Assembly (NCBI RefSeq): GCF_018977255.1
Contig: NW_024704742.1
Location: forward strand, 127,288,001 to 127,352,000
DNA: 64,000 bases
Origin: Callorhinchus milii
Taxonomy: Eukaryota
Reading direction: 5' to 3'
The notes beneath the pieces are model-generated. The model saw only the letters and a program-made list of their open reading frames with translations. It did no database searches and had not been told where the DNA came from. The number at the start of each line of letters is the position of its first letter. Position 1 is the stretch's first letter. This document shows positions 38,901 through 52,453 of this stretch, one piece after another. Both the position numbers and the translations under genes were made by a program.

Positions 38901-41589
38901 AATGTACAGGGCAGGAGAATACCATTGTGGTCCATCCGACCAGTCTCAAAGTACTAGCAATCAAGTCAGCTTAGAGTATGATACAAAATGACTTTCACAG
39001 AATGTGTTTTTTTTTAAATATCACACGCGTGACTGGAGAAAAAGTCAGCTTGTCATTACCAGTGAATGTCACCAATGACATTCCCTCTATCTGTAACCAG
39101 GGCTCTTTGCCTCCTTCATTTGTGTCACCAGCATCTTGGGATATCCTCCCAACAGGACCAATGTTAAGATAATAAGGTGAAAATTCTTCAGGTTCTCTAA
39201 TTCATAAATCAGCAATTAACGTATACTAATTGTTAATTATATTTTAATATATTTTAATTTTCTTTGGATCCATTGAATATAAGGAAGTAGTGTCACCATC
39301 ATGTTTTAATTCTAAAATTTACAAATATTAATATACTTATTATTTTATATTCTGTTCCTTTATTTTGATTTTTAAAAATGTTTAAATAATGTAACTAGGA
39401 GCATTTACAGAGATCAGTAATGAGGGAGTTGAATTAATATTCACATTGATCTCAAATCATCCTGGACTCACAACTTTGTGTTGCTTCAGTTCCTTTATAT
39501 TATCAGGCTCATCCCTAATGGCATAATGTTTAAACAAGAATTTTCACAAAATCGACACACCAAAGCAGTAAAAATGGCATCATTGATTGTTTAGCTTTCA
39601 AAATATATTAGATTTTAAGAAGTCTCATGCCTGCAGACCAACTGTAAACAATGAATTAAGAGCTGGGCAAAGAATAAAACATTTATTAATTAAACCATTT
39701 CTGACAAACCTCTGGCAAAGCAGATTTGCCAAACTTTGCTTGTGGTCTTTCACAAGAGCTGTACATCTTCTAAAATGTCAACTGAAGCTTTTATACTTTA
39801 GTTAGTAGTTCAACTGGAAACAGTTTGAAACAAACTTCTTATAATGTACATAATTATGTTCTAAAATAGAATTACAAACAATGAGACAATCAGAAGACAG
39901 GAACTGACAACATGACATTGACTTGAGGAGAAAATGTTATGTTAAGAAGCTTGACTGGCCAAGAAAATAAGTAACAGGATGTGGATATCATCCCTTCCTA
40001 AAATGTTTGAGACAAATTGAGCTCCTGCGTTTTGGAGAGCTGTTCACCCTTGTCTTTGTGATGGAGGGCAATGTTTTTATAGCCTAGAATCACTCGATCA
40101 ACTATGATTTTATAAGTGTTTTCCTTTTAAATAATAAACCAATAACTAAAAAAATGTTAATCACATAATGGAGGCAAGAGCTTTCAGCCAAACAAGGTGA
40201 CCTATAGGAACCAATGGAGTAATGCTGTACCAGGGTATCATAGGCTGCTTGCAGATGGAAATGGACAGTTTCCTCAACTTTCACAATTACTTGCTACACT
40301 TGTTCTTGTAGAAAAGCACTAAGTTGTTCTTTGAATGAGATGTTATACGAGATGTTAAATGAGATAAAAGTCTTGTCCGCTTTTTCAGATGGAAGTTTGC
40401 CACAATTTGAAAAGAGAAGAGAATTTGTCCAACAATCCCCCAGATAAATTCAACATTAGCTACTTGTGGGACATTGGCGTGTTCAAGTTGGCTGGCCTGT
40501 TTGCCTCCAAAATACATTCACTGGATTTTATAGTACTGTAAATCTTATAACGTGCTTTGCGACATCTTCTTGCCTGTATCAAAAACAAGGATTATTATTA
40601 TTGCAGTATGGTAAGCTTTAAAGACATTTATGACTAGTGCCTTCAGTGTGCTGCTATCTTCCTCAAAACATAATGGTATCTTTAGCATATATTATTTTAT
40701 TTCCAATCTTCTCTGGGTGAATCAAAACATTTGACCTTTAAACACAGCTGTTAGTAACCAGGATTAATGATGAGAAGGATTTCTGGAATGAGAAGGGGAA
40801 CATGGTAGATGTGGCAGGGTGGGGGGGGGGGGGGGGGGGGGCGGGGGCAGAGAGAAGGAACAATTAAAAGGAAATTGTACACATACTTGATTAAAGGACA
40901 GTGTCACTGACTGGAGCGTTTTCTGGCAATCTCTCTTCCTGGAATGTTGGCAGAGACATTTGTGCTATAGTTTATGGTCGATCTTTTGTAGTCTTTTGAG
41001 ATGTGCGTTTTCCATTTCCTGTTTTTTGGGGAAATGAAACTAAAATATACGTGAATGTTCGCAACAAAGACAATTGACAACATGATGTTATTTATGTGTC
41101 AACCATTACATCATTGCAACATGTGCCTGTGATAAACTATACCAAGGTGGTGATGTTCCTTTAATAACTAGATATTAATTACTCACTGAAATAAATGGTG
41201 TGTAATTGTTTCGTACTTTTGGCATTGTGTCATCAGTGACAAGTAGCAGTAAACGTTTCTCATAACCAATATGTTTTTCCCCCAATATTCAATGAACCTC
41301 ACCATACCAGGAGGTTTTGACAAGATCAAGAATACACTGTTGCCAATATACTCTTTGTTGCTACAGAATCCTGCTTATGTTGCTTTATGATGTATCTTGG
41401 TTTGATTGAGTTGATTAATCATATTTAGTGTTGCTGTGACATTTTTAAACAATGAAGTAACTGTTTACATAGATATAGCCAAATAAAGCTGGAAAATTGG
41501 CATGAAAGATGCTACATCTGAAATGGCCTAATATGAGACGTTATGGGTTTCCTATCTTTGAACTTAAATTTTAGCAAAAATTAAAAGAC

Positions 41590-42695
41590 TATTTTAACAA
41601 CAGACACAAAATTCAGATGGGGTTTCATCCCTCAATCCTCAAGGCTCCTTCCTTCCTCACATTTGGTGCTTGTGCTTGATTTCAAAATCCTCATGCTCAT
41701 CTTGAAATCCCTTCATGCTATAGCACCTCACTACCTCTCCAACATACTTAGTCCCCAACCCACTGCCCCTGCCTCCACTTGACTCGCTCCAGCTTCCTGC
41801 TTGTCCATCATGCCCTCTATTCCACTATCGGTGGCCACACTTTCAACCACTAAACCCTGGAACACTCTTCCTCTATCCCTCCAATTTGCCCTCTCCTTTT
41901 CCATCTTCAGATCAGCATCTGAAGACCTTCCTCTTTGACCGCGCCTACAGTCACCTCCCCCCAGCTTGGCATCATGTTCTGCCACTGGGGCTCTACTCAG
42001 CATAAGTGGCACTATATAAGTCCAAGTTGTTTTTGCTACCTACACCAAATCCCTAATTATAGTTGCATTTCACACAGAACACCTTTGTCATGGACTTCTA
42101 ACTTTGGGTCAGGTTTCTTATCAAAGAGAGTGGCAAAAGATGTTTTAGAGAACAATGTGAAATTCTAGAAATAAACCAAATTGATAATGGAATGGTGTGT
42201 ACTTTGACAAATCTTTGATGTCAGTAACATGAATAAACTGTGAATAAATCCCAATTATTCCAAATTAGTCAACAACAACAACAACTTGGATTTTTATAGC
42301 ACCCTCCATGCCGGGACGACGTCTCTGGTGCTTCACAATAATGGATCCCGGGGCTGAGCCAGGGGGAGGGGGAAGAAAGTGACCAAAGGCGAAGTCGAAA
42401 AGAAAGGCCTTTAGCCGAGACCTGAAAGTAGGAAGAGAGGGGGCGAGGCGAAGGGAGTGAGGAAGGGAGTTCCAGAGCCTCGGGGCATAGTGGCTGAAGG
42501 CACAGCCGCCGATGGTGGATCGGAGGATTCGGGAGACGAGGAGGAGGCCAGATCCGGTGGAGCGAAGGCAATGGGCACTGTTGTGAGGAGAGAGGAGGTC
42601 AGAGAGGTGGGGGGGTGCAGAGGAGTGGAGGGATTTGAAAACTAGAATGAGGATCTTGAAATCGACCCTCTCTGGGACAGGCAGCCAGTGCAGTC
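41590..42695. mobile_element. Tail-to-tail L2 fragments (plus ~41590-42035, minus ~42270-42695)
   Basis: Similar to the 27968 element; L2 tails. Confidence 0.8.
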
Positions 42696-43651
42696 AGACA
42701 CAAATGAGAATGGTTTGTATAGTTCAAGTTCAAATGGTCTTGTCTTGTACAGTGATACATCTCCGACCCAAGGTATCTGTTTTCCTGTTTTCAGCTTCTC
42801 CATGCAAATTCATTTTCTGGTAATATGGAGGGATTTGATAATCACTAGGAAAGTTGTCTGCTAATCTTTTGCATAAAGTTATTCAGTTTCTTTAATGAAT
42901 AAAATGAATTTGACCATTTGAACTTCATGAAGCTCTAAATTTGAATCAATCTAATTGTTTGTCGTACTCAATAATACATTTTGTAAACACATTGCTGCTA
43001 ATATTGATTCAACAGCTTTTAAAGATTAAACTTATACTGAATCCAATACAACAGAATAACAAATTGGCTGTAATTTAACCAGCCAAAATTTCCTAGTTTG
43101 TCATTGAGAGCATAGTCTGGCAAACTTTTCTTGCTTGTCCAACTAGGGCTACCCTCCCTACTTGTTGGGGCTTTGGCTTTTAAGATTAACAGGGAACTAG
43201 TGAGAAGTATCCCTGCACTCACTGACAGGTCTTCAACTCCAACCCCTTTGCACTCACCTAACTCTGGACCTGGACAACTGAGACTACCTCAGAAGGTTGA
43301 CATTCTGACATTCTGTTGTCAAGAACATCCCCTTGGAGCCAGCTCAGTGCCAATGAAACCCTGCTTACATTCCCCCTGAAGCATCAAGGGTGAGTTGTTT
43401 TTGATATAAGAATAATGTATCATGGGGGTGTACTTTTGCTAAGCAGTACAATGGAAAATTGCTGACCACTTGTGTACCCCTGTGTAACCTTTCCTGTTAA
43501 CATAAGTGGGCAGCATTCTTCATGAGCAATGTGTGAATGTGTCCCGTAAAACACTTCAACAGCCTTGACTGTTGTCTGTTGTAATTGTGTGAAAAGAGAA
43601 TGTTTAGTAGATGGTCTGTGTGAAATTAAGATGTGTAAACAGAAGGTGTAA

Positions 43652-43702
43652 ACATACGTAGCATTTCCTTATATGTAGAAGATAAGGAAATGCTACGCAT
43701 GT
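43652..43702. repeat. Inverted repeat / hairpin with 21-bp arms and 9-nt loop
   Basis: acatacgtagcatttccttat ... ataaggaaatgctacgcatgt, one mismatch. Confidence 0.85.
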
Positions 43703-45784
43703 GTGTGTTAACCCGATGGACGAAGGTCATGATTAGAACAATTCACAGATGGCTTTCTGGGGATAACCAAACCAAGGAAAGGTCACAAAACCTGTTAATA
43801 CATGGGTAAAAATATTGGGCACTAACTAGTTTAAAATCAAAACAGATCTGGGAAAGAAGAAGAAATAAAGAAAAACTCCTGTAATTATTTCTTCTGTTCT
43901 TGGGATTGATATCTGTACCTTTCTCTATCATACACATTGCTATATAAAGGTTTCTTAAATGAAACATCTCTGTGAGCTTGATTATCTCAGTGTCCGAAAA
44001 TACATAATTGATCTATTGTAGTCAACAATTTCATTTAAATTAAATACAATTAAATATAATTCAATCCAGTGACAATTCACGTGAACACCCATTCCCACCC
44101 AATGAGCAAGAAATATACAACAACAACTTGGATTTATATAGCGCCCTCCACACCGGACGTCAATTAGTCAACAAATATCAAGGAGAAGCAAAGATTATTA
44201 GTCCATAATACAAAAAAAATGTGATTAAAGAGTCACGGATGGGATGGTTTGGATACCTCAGGTTAGGATATACATTGAATGACTAAATATTGTCAACATT
44301 TGAATTCTGGCAAGACTGAAAATATTCTATGCACTATTAACCTTTTTATTTAAACAAAAAAAGGGACTTGAGTTGAATGCAGAGTGAAGGAAGCTTGGTC
44401 TGTACCAGGCTGCTCTATTATGGGATCCAGGATTGCTTGATGCTTACATTGTTTGGCCAGTTTGGAAAGTGTTCTAAGACTTGTATTTTTTTGCCTTGAT
44501 GAGTACAAAAGTTACCACTAAAGGAATCTGATCCAAGTTGAATTTTAGATGCTCTAAAGATTACACTATTAGAAATAAATATTTGATTTTTTTTACAACA
44601 GGAATGAACTTAAGAACTTGAAAATATAGCAATTAACTATTTTCATAAAAGCTGAAGGTGGAAGCAAACTGCTTACAACTTACAGTACCTCTGTGGCAGA
44701 TGATAAAATCAAATATGACATCTTATCATGTTTCACAATTACCATATTAAATGACAAAATTTACCAATAATTTTAAAGATTTTTTTAAAAAAGGAGTGTG
44801 AAATAATTACCTTTGATGAAAACAAAGACTGATCCATATTGTGCAATATCTAAATCAATTCATATGTGATATTTTCATGCTAATTACCCAGCGTTTCTTT
44901 TTCAACAAAATCAGACTATAGTGACCACGATATTCTGCATCCTTCCACGTCCTTGAATAGTTCACAATCATTAATTATTATTGCAGAGAACTTCTTGGCT
45001 TTTGAATTGATTCATTTTCTAAAAATATTTTCTCTCATCTCTGGTCTGAATGATCTTGTTGACAATGCTCACATAGTCATACAGCTTTATAAGATGTTTG
45101 ATTTAATTCCTTTATCTGTCACAGAACTAGTTGTGAGTAATTTGCTTCTATCTTCAGCTTGAAAATAGTACATTGCTACCTTCTGAGTATTAAGTGTCAT
45201 TCCTGTCGTAAAAAATATAAAACGTAATATTCAGAGCATATCAAATTCAACTTAAATCATATTCTACCAGTGACATTTTATTAAAACTCCCCGCCACCTC
45301 CTTATTTCACAAATGTTCATGTTACATGCCATGGAAAATTTCTTTTGAAAAAATACCGCATTATCACTGGATTAAGGATATGTCTGAAAGAATAAATTAC
45401 AAATGAAGAAGAATGCCCATTCCTCCTTGGTGCTGGTTGGTTTCCAGCAACTTAAAAACAACAGGTAAACATTTAAAATGTGTTGTGTATTTTTTATCCA
45501 GTAGTATTGGTTTGTTGACAGCAAAATCCTAAAAAAATATTTAACCCAGTTTTGTGAAACGTGAGAGACAGTCTATCAGAAAGCTATCAGAGAACATGAA
45601 ATAAATCAATTGTGTTAAAAGCCTCAGAGGAGAGCAATTAGAAATAGGTGATAATTGTTTGCTGAATGTTCTCCAAATAACTAATGTCCTTGGGATGGTC
45701 AAACGAGCCTTAACGCTCATTAATGGTCTACATAAAATGAGAATAACTTTTGTAAAAATTTGAAGTAATATACTACTAGAACTA

Positions 45785-46140
45785 TTAATAATCCCTGCAT
45801 TTGATATAGCGCCTTATATTGAGATGTCTCAAAACGCTTCACAGAATATACTGCAAGTTGGTTTGACCGTGCATTTTGAGAGAGAAATGCGCCAGCCAGT
45901 TGCATACAGCAATGTCCCACAATCAGCAATAGAGTGAGTGACCAATTTTATTTGGGGCTTGTTGGCCAGAACATGTAAGGATTATTATTATAGAACACTG
46001 TGAGAAACTCCCTTCTCTTTTCGAATAGTGCCCTGGGACCTTTAATGTCCACCTGAACAGGCAGGCAAGACCTTACCTTGGAGCACCATGGCCCTGACCA
46101 GCCAGTTATTATCTTGAAGGCAACATTGCACTGATCTGTT
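45785..46140 (-). mobile_element. Older Deu-domain SINE
   Basis: Deu-like cagcaatgtcccaca and aatagtgccctgggacctttaatgtccacctga. Similar old copies at ~17005-17755, 20550-20900, 25330-25530 and 60030-60450. Confidence 0.7.
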
Positions 46141-46566
46141 ATGTATGTAAAAGTGTTATTGAACTTCTTACATCTAAAGCCATTGGTCCTAAATAAGAAA
46201 TCTGAACATAGGTGCATTTACTAAAGACCGTTAAAGTAGGAATTAGAACATTCAGACCCCCAAATCTAGGTTAATCCAAATGTGGAGAGTTTGATTCAGC
46301 TCAGCCATGTTAGATTTAATGCCAGATAAAATTACACCCAAAGCTGAAATGGAAACTTGGAGATATGCCAAGTTTTCACTTTGTGATTGAATTGATACTG
46401 GGGATAGCAAATTTAAGTCGTTCACATTTGGCTCAGTTTCAACTGGAAGCTGTTTCTCATCCCTCACCAGTAAAAAGATAATAAATTCTATAAAAATTAC
46501 AAAATGTAACATCTTATTAAAGACGTTATTGTAGGATTTTGAAATTGACATACAATACTACATACA

Positions 46567-46779
46567 TACTAGAACTATTAATAATCCCTGCATTTGATAT
46601 AGCGCCTTATATTGAGATGTCTCAAAACGCTTCACAGAATATACTGCAAGTTGGTTTGACCGTGCATTTTGTGAGAGAAATGCACCAGCCAGTTGCATAC
46701 AGCAAAGCCCACAATCAGCAATGGAGTGAGTGACCAATTTTATTTGGGGCTTGTTGGTTAGAACATGCAAGGATTATTA
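46567..46779 (+). repeat. ~213-bp direct duplicate of 45774-45987
   Basis: Shares copy-specific SINE mutations and the unique flank tactagaactatt. Confidence 0.9.
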
Positions 46780-48367
46780 CCTGTTGATACCCAATAAAAT
46801 TTTACTGCAATCTACAATTATTCCATTGAAATGTTGTAAACATATTAAAAAATCCTATAAGATATTTTTATTGCTCATCAATAGTGTAGAATGTCAGCAG
46901 TCAGGAGTGGAATCCAGTGTCAATGTGAAACACTCCCAAGGTATATAGATTAATGAATGGAGCTAATCCAAGGTTATTGTGCAAATTATTGCTTTGAGCT
47001 CAGTTTGGCATCAATATAACATTTCATGATTATGTTTCAGGAGTGATTCTTTTGAAGGATTGTGACACTCATCCAATATGTTTTGAATAAACACAGATAA
47101 GCAACGTAGGTTACATCTCAGATTATTTTCCAGGTTTTGAAGGAAAGAGATTGTTTATAAGATTAAGTATAAATACAGTTGAGTAACCTCGATACTGACA
47201 CTCAGGACAATGGAAAAGTGAAATGAAGGGGAGTGCTTTCTATTCAAATACCATTGTGTGCTTTTATTGTGAAGTCAGCACTTCTTTTAGAAGTCTGTCA
47301 GTCATGAAGGTTTTATTTTTTCAGATATATTGGTTCAGTCACAACATCATTCTGAGGACAGACTCTGAGTATGGGCCGATGCCAAAAGTGCAAGATGTGC
47401 TAAATTAACAAACACAATTGAAACGACAAGACAGAGCATCTCTGGATTAATGACTAAAACAACCTCAGCACTGACCAGTTTGCTAAATATTTGGAGCACA
47501 TTCCCCGATGCCATCCGCACCAGTCTGCAAGCAAAAAAAATTCAAACTAATATTCAAAAAAGCTGTGATTTTTTTCTTTCATCCCTTTTGGTAATTGATG
47601 GATTCTCATCAAGATCTGGGAAGAGAAGATTTTTTCACGTTTGCCCAAATCTCAGGCAGATCAAGTATTCCTAGGCCAGTGATAATGTAGACGCATAAAA
47701 TAGAGCTTGTTCTCTGTCCCTATAATATCCTTTAGTCCATGTGCTATATCAAATGTAAGGATTATTATTATTTATCATGCATACTTCCATGATATGTGTT
47801 TTCTTCTTCTGTTTGTTTATATTCTTATACACTTTCAGAAGATGCCTATATTTGAGGGTGTAAGGAGCCCTGCTTTATCTAGGATGGCAGACAGACTGGA
47901 GCAGTTTACAAAGCGCAAACACATCAAGGGGTTGAGATGATAATAATAAATGTGAGAGTGAAGCTCTAGCAATGGTATATCAGGGCACGGAAAGCTTATT
48001 AATCTGGAACACATTCAAAAACTTTATTCTTTATATTACCATAAGTAGAAATCCTGGGATGAAAGGGGGATAAGGCTGTTAGCACCTGGCAAGGAAACAG
48101 ATGGCTCATGTTCAAGGCAACCGTAAAATTTTATTACGTTATATTTTATTATGTTACACAAATAAGAGGTGTAGCCTGAAGCACGCTCCCTCAATAGGGT
48201 TCTTATTCTTGTCAGAATGTCTGAGTCCAGTTTGCTGCCCTTTCACCGACTGCACTAACGTCACCTAATCAGCTGCTCTTTTGCAGCAAACATTTACCCC
48301 TTGGCTCACAACAGTCTGGAAGCTTCGAAATTCACTGCCCTGCATTTTTAACACAGCAATAACTGGT

Positions 48368-48385
48368 TGCCGCCCCCTGGTGGCA
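48368..48385 (-). promoter_or_regulatory. CTCF-binding motif
   Basis: Minus strand TGCCACCAGGGGGCGGCA closely matches the CTCF core CCACCAGGGGGCGC; lies in unique intergenic DNA. Confidence 0.65.
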
Positions 48386-51099
48386 AAAAGGACACTTACT
48401 CTAGTTGTTTATATGGTCGATTGACCCTGAAGAAAGTCAGCTGGAAAATGCATGCAGAAGCATGATTCACTGGACAGACGTTAACATACTGACAGGCATT
48501 CCAGGGAATATTAGCAATCAATAGTTTTAGAGTTTTATAAAGTTACACATTATTCTAAATGTGGATTCAGCTTGACGGACTCGGGTTTGTAAGATGAGTC
48601 CATATTTAGAAGAATATGCGGAGTGCTCAGCTCCCCACATTGAACAGGATATTGATGTGTTGCCAGACGGTGGCTGACCTAAACTAAAAGTTTTTGGAGA
48701 GGATTACAAAGCTGAATGTGTTCTTATTGCAAGCAAAGATTAAGGGGCACATGATTCAGGTCTTTTAATATTTTAAGAAGCAATGATGCTGTCATAGAAC
48801 CATAGAATCCTACAGCACAGCAGGAGGCCATTTGGCCCATCATGCCTGTGCCAGCTCTTTGAAAGAGCTACCCAATTAAACCCACTGCCCCACTCTTTCC
48901 CCCTTGCCTTGCAATTTTTTCTTTTCAATAAATATACAATTCCATTTTGAAAATTATTATTGAATCTGCTTCCACACCCTTTCAGGCAGTGCCTCCATTG
49001 GTAATGATGCTGGATACGCAATGCAGACTTAGACAATGGGGTCTAAATTGGAACGATTCAGAATGGGATTCCCAAAGAATGATTGAATCATAAATGGGGA
49101 TTATTTCTAGTAACCAGAGCTACATGACCCTGGCCTGCACAAACTCCACTCTGGAAGCAGCTCCTGATGTACGGAGTTTTAGAGTTGGTTGTGATATAAC
49201 AAATTGCAACAATATAGACCAATTATTGTGTACAAAACTAGAGCACATTAGTTTACAGGGATGGAGATTAAAAGATATTTTCCTCTTTAAAATAATGGAT
49301 ATGTGGAACAGACTCTTACAAAAGCAGTTGATTCTGCATTAATTAACTCCATATAAAACAAATTGGATAAATATCTGCTAAAGAGCAGGATCAGAGGATA
49401 ATGGGAAAGATTTCAGATGCAGGTGACAAATACTTCATGGGCCACATAATAATAATAGTTTCTCTGCTGGTGAAAGTTCCAATGACTCACTCTCTACCCA
49501 AGGTCATGAGGTAATTAACAAAACAGGTTGTCAGGAGGCACTGGTCTCTTCTACAAAGCAGCTTGATGCTGTGATGGGAGGACAGTGAGGTGGGTATTCT
49601 GGAGGGATGAGATCAGAAGGGCCTTCTTTGTCTGAATTAAACTTGTGACCTTGTGATTTAGCTCCTACTGACTCCTGGTATCCAGGCTCACAGAAGAAGA
49701 ATATTCATAATAGTGAGGTACCAGAGGATTGCAGCATCCGTGCAAACATGTGGATGTATCGCAGCTATTATTTGTTAACAGCTGAGATTAGCCCTGCGAA
49801 ATTCAGCTGCAAAATATGTATGTAAATATGCATGATTCACTGATCTCACATTGACGTGACCTAGTGGCATTTCACAGCATTGTAATATTAGAAATTATGC
49901 AGATTTAAACACGTTTATTCAGACGTAGAGAAAACTTGAAAAAGACTACTTTCATTTTATTTTCAATAGGTTAATGCTCCAGCAGTCACAATGTTTCATA
50001 AATAAAGACAGAACAAACATTCCGTGAAATTACTATTGTCAGTCACCTTAAACCTTAATAGCACCAAACCTTCACTGTATACAAGGCTCATTAAAATATT
50101 GTACGGATGGGTTGTAAAACCTCCAGCTCTACATGATTCAGTTTTAATGTTTTTTGTACAAAGCGCTGGCATAAAAAAGGCTGCTTTCTACATCATCAAA
50201 CTCAATAACACCTAACTCGCCCTGCAGGAAAAAGATTGCTTTAGAACTGTGTTCTGTTCAGTCAGGGTGAAGGACTGCTCTTCTGAACAACAATAACTTG
50301 CATTATATGGCGCCCTTCACATGGGGGTAGCGTCTTGTGGCACTCAACAGCGATGTGGCTTGATGCCGAGCTGGAAAGAGAGGGAAAATGGCCAAATGCA
50401 CGGTCGAAAAGAAAGTCTTAAGGTATGAATTGAAGACAGGCAGAGAAAGGTAAGACAGAGGAATTGAGGCAAATAGTTCAAGAGATTCGGGGCACAGTGG
50501 CTGAAAGCTCGGCTGCCAGTCGTGGAGCGGAGGGGACGAGAAAACGTCCAACTATTTGAACCCATCATGTCCCTGCTTCCAAAGAGTAACCAAAGCATAG
50601 CCTTCACTGCATCCAATCTATCTGTGAGAGAATTGAGGAGAATAAAGGATATCCAATGAAATAGCTCACAGTTTTAGATTACATTAATTCCATACCTGGA
50701 GCCATTGACCTGTAGAGCAAGTCACCCAGAAACAAATAATACCAGTGCTGTTTACTTACAATAGAAGGTTCAGGAACAGCTGTGCAGCTGAGTTCTGGTC
50801 TTTTTCTCAGTTTAAAGTCTCATCCGAAAGAGAGTACTTCCATCAATGCCCGACATCCCCGGCACTTCATTGGAGTGACAGCCTACACTATAAGAGTTCA
50901 AAGGAGCAAAGGAGGAGATTAGGACCTTTTATTTAAACAGACAGTTGTTAGAATGAGCAAAGCCCTGCCACGTGTGGTCAAGGCAGGATCATATTAGTTG
51001 TCAAGAGGTAATTAGGTAGATATCCTAAAAAGGTATAATTTGCAGGCGTTTGTGGGAAAAGGTGGGTAAATGGGATTGAAAGGCTCTATCATAACATAA

Positions 51100-52058
51100 C
51101 ATATCATGTAGGAGCAGGAGTAGGCCATTCGGCCCTTCGAACCTGCCCCGCCATTCAATCATGGCTGATCTTCTAATCTAACTCCAGCTAATAACCTGAC
51201 CCTGCCTTATCCCCATATCCCTTAATCCCTTTTGCAATAAGAAATCTATCTATCTCAGTCTTGAATATGTTCAAGGACTGAGCGTCAACAGCCCTTTGGG
51301 GTAGTGAGTTCCATACATTCACCACCCTTTGAGTGAAGAAGTTCTTCCTCAACTCAGTGCGAAAGGGCTGGCCTCTGATTTTAAGGTTGTGACCCCTGGT
51401 TTTAGTTTCTCCAACCAGGGGAAACAATCTCCCACTATCTACTCTATCATGCCCTTTGATGATCTTATAGGTTTCTATAAGATCCCCTCCAATTCTTCTA
51501 TATTCTAGAGAATATAGGCCCAAATTGGTCAGCCTATCCTCGTAACTCATCCCCTTCATCCCTGGTACTAACCTAGTAAATCTACGCTGCACCCCCTCCG
51601 AAGCAAGTACGTCCTTCCTTAAATAAGGAGACCAAAACTGCACACAGTATTCCAGGTGTGGTCTCACCAGGGCCCTATACAGTTGCAGCAGTTGCTCTTA
51701 TACTCTAATCCTTTCATAATGAATGCTAACATACCGTTCGCCTTCCTAATTGCTGCTGCACCTGCAGACTAACTTTCTGTGATTGGTGTACAAGAACACC
51801 CAAGTCCCTCTGGACACTAACACATTCCAATCTCTCCCCTTCTAAAAAATAACCCCTCTACTGTTTTTGCTACCTAGGTGGATGACTTTGCACTTCCCTA
51901 CATTATACTTCATCTGCCACCTACCTGCCCAATCACCTAACCTATCTATGTCTTGCTGCATTTTTTAATGTTGTCCTCTGTGTTGACACTTCCTTCTAGT
52001 TTTGTGTCATCTGCGAATTCAGATATATTAACTTCAATGTCCTCATCTAGATCGTTGA
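51100..52058 (-). mobile_element. CR1 LINE 3' fragment
   Basis: RPHLEYCVQFWSPYL...FFTQRVVNVWNSLP (159-aa ORF). Confidence 0.95.
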
Positions 52059-52163
52059 TAGCGCAGACACGATGGGTTGAACAGTCCTTTTCTATGCTGT
52101 ACATTTTGGGGCTCTTTTGTTTTCAGGGCAATTTCTGGTCGTGTTCAGCTCCATCCTAAAAAT

Positions 52164-52453
52164 TGTGGAGTCCTGTAGCTCAGTGACCTGAGTTCAATCC
52201 CAGGCAGGGTGAAACCTTGGGCAAGTTTCCTTACTCCACATACCTAATAATAATCCCTCCAAAACAAAACAATAATAAATTGGTCATTTTCAATCTACGA
52301 CTGTTTGTGGGACATTGCTGTGTGCAATTGGCTGCCGCGTTCGCCCACAAATATACAGTCAATTCACTTTACAGTGTGTTCTGTGAAGCGCTTTGGGACG
52401 TCCTCCCGACGTGAAAAGTGCTATATCAAATGCAAGGATTATTATTACTATTA
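52164..52453 (+). mobile_element. tRNA-derived SINE with a deletion in the head
   Basis: Same family as 2142-2468; D and anticodon arms missing. Confidence 0.9.
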
